The translations under genes and the position numbers were made by a program. DNA of 56,665 nt from an uncultured Halobacteriales archaeon (GTDB taxonomy: Archaea > Halobacteriota > Halobacteria > Halobacteriales > SKSH01), in contig CAZXER010000009.1 in NCBI GenBank assembly GCA_964639975.1, forward strand, positions 1-56,665, read 5' to 3'. Under the pieces are notes generated by a model. That model saw nothing but the letters and a program-made list of their open reading frames with translations, was not told where the DNA came from and ran no database searches. Of the stretch, positions 56,468 through 56,665 are shown one piece after another. The stretch's first letter is position 1; the number at the start of each line of letters is the position of its first letter.

Positions 56468-56665
56468 GCAACTGCCGCGGATTCGCCGGGGCCGCCGTCC
56501 GCGAGAGCGAATACGCGAGGACCGCAAAGCCAAGCGCGACGAACGAACTCTGGAGGGCGACTGCCGTAAGGAGCTCAGTGTCGGTGAACTGATGCAGCGA
56601 TCCACCGATCGCCATGCCGAGCGTGACGAGACCGATGCCGATCGTCATCGCGCGCAGTGCGCGTG
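56451..56665 (-). CDS. Small haloarchaeal membrane protein (DUF7521-like), 5' end outside the window
   Basis: Frame stays open to the window edge (RALRAMTIGIGLVTLG...), with a second TM helix SSFVALGFAVLAYSL. Confidence 0.6.
   Translation of the reverse strand, partial: RALRAMTIGIGLVTLGMAIGGSLHQFTDTELLTAVALQSSFVALGFAVLAYSLSRTAAPANPRQLLTRSR

Noticed and set aside
1-56665. CRISPR arrays, tRNA/rRNA genes, IS elements, integrases or defence genes
   Set aside because: No gap above about 220 nt exists, the largest is filled by a small ORF, and I saw no spaced direct repeats or transposase/integrase motifs.

Overview
A gene-dense, GC-rich core-genome segment from a halophilic archaeon (class Halobacteria). 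The assignment rests on the acidic proteins, haloarchaeal gene forms (GatD, archaeal ThrS, GuaAb, RibL, SAMP1, JAMM, fused NuoCD with split NuoJ) and TATA-like boxes about 25-34 nt upstream of apparently leaderless starts. I find about 61 CDS and no rRNA, tRNA, CRISPR array, IS element or provirus. Main blocks in order: icd (partial), isoaspartyl peptidase, map, HIT, CDF, tRNA methylthiotransferase, DUF63, nucleoside phosphorylase; two RCK_C membrane paralogues and samp1; GNAT-gatD-ArsR facing DUF5802, a VLRF1 release factor and dgcN/dgcA-like genes; thrS, pyrG, guaAb; two ABC-2 exporters; a methylmalonyl-CoA mutase cluster; a CBS-ParB/Srx gene beside an RCK_N-DHH phosphoesterase; a complex I-like nuo operon without nuoEFG; purE, purK, agl23; ribH, ribL, JAMM, recJ3-like; a PLD, a HEAT protein, pssA and a cupredoxin. 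Most of this is housekeeping, and I cannot demonstrate a new system from sequence alone. The best leads are (1) the CBS-ParB/Srx plus RCK_N-DHH/DHHA1 pair as a possible nucleotide-signalling module, with the pore-less RCK_C pair as possible effectors; (2) a 57-aa two-helix ORF behind thrS that the ORF track misses; (3) a coiled-coil VLRF1 ribosome-rescue factor; (4) a perfect 10-bp inverted repeat bracketing a TATA box; and (5) a probable pseudo-hydrolase inside the mutase cluster. All family names come from motif recognition, not database searches. Many start codons were moved downstream of the ORF-track starts.
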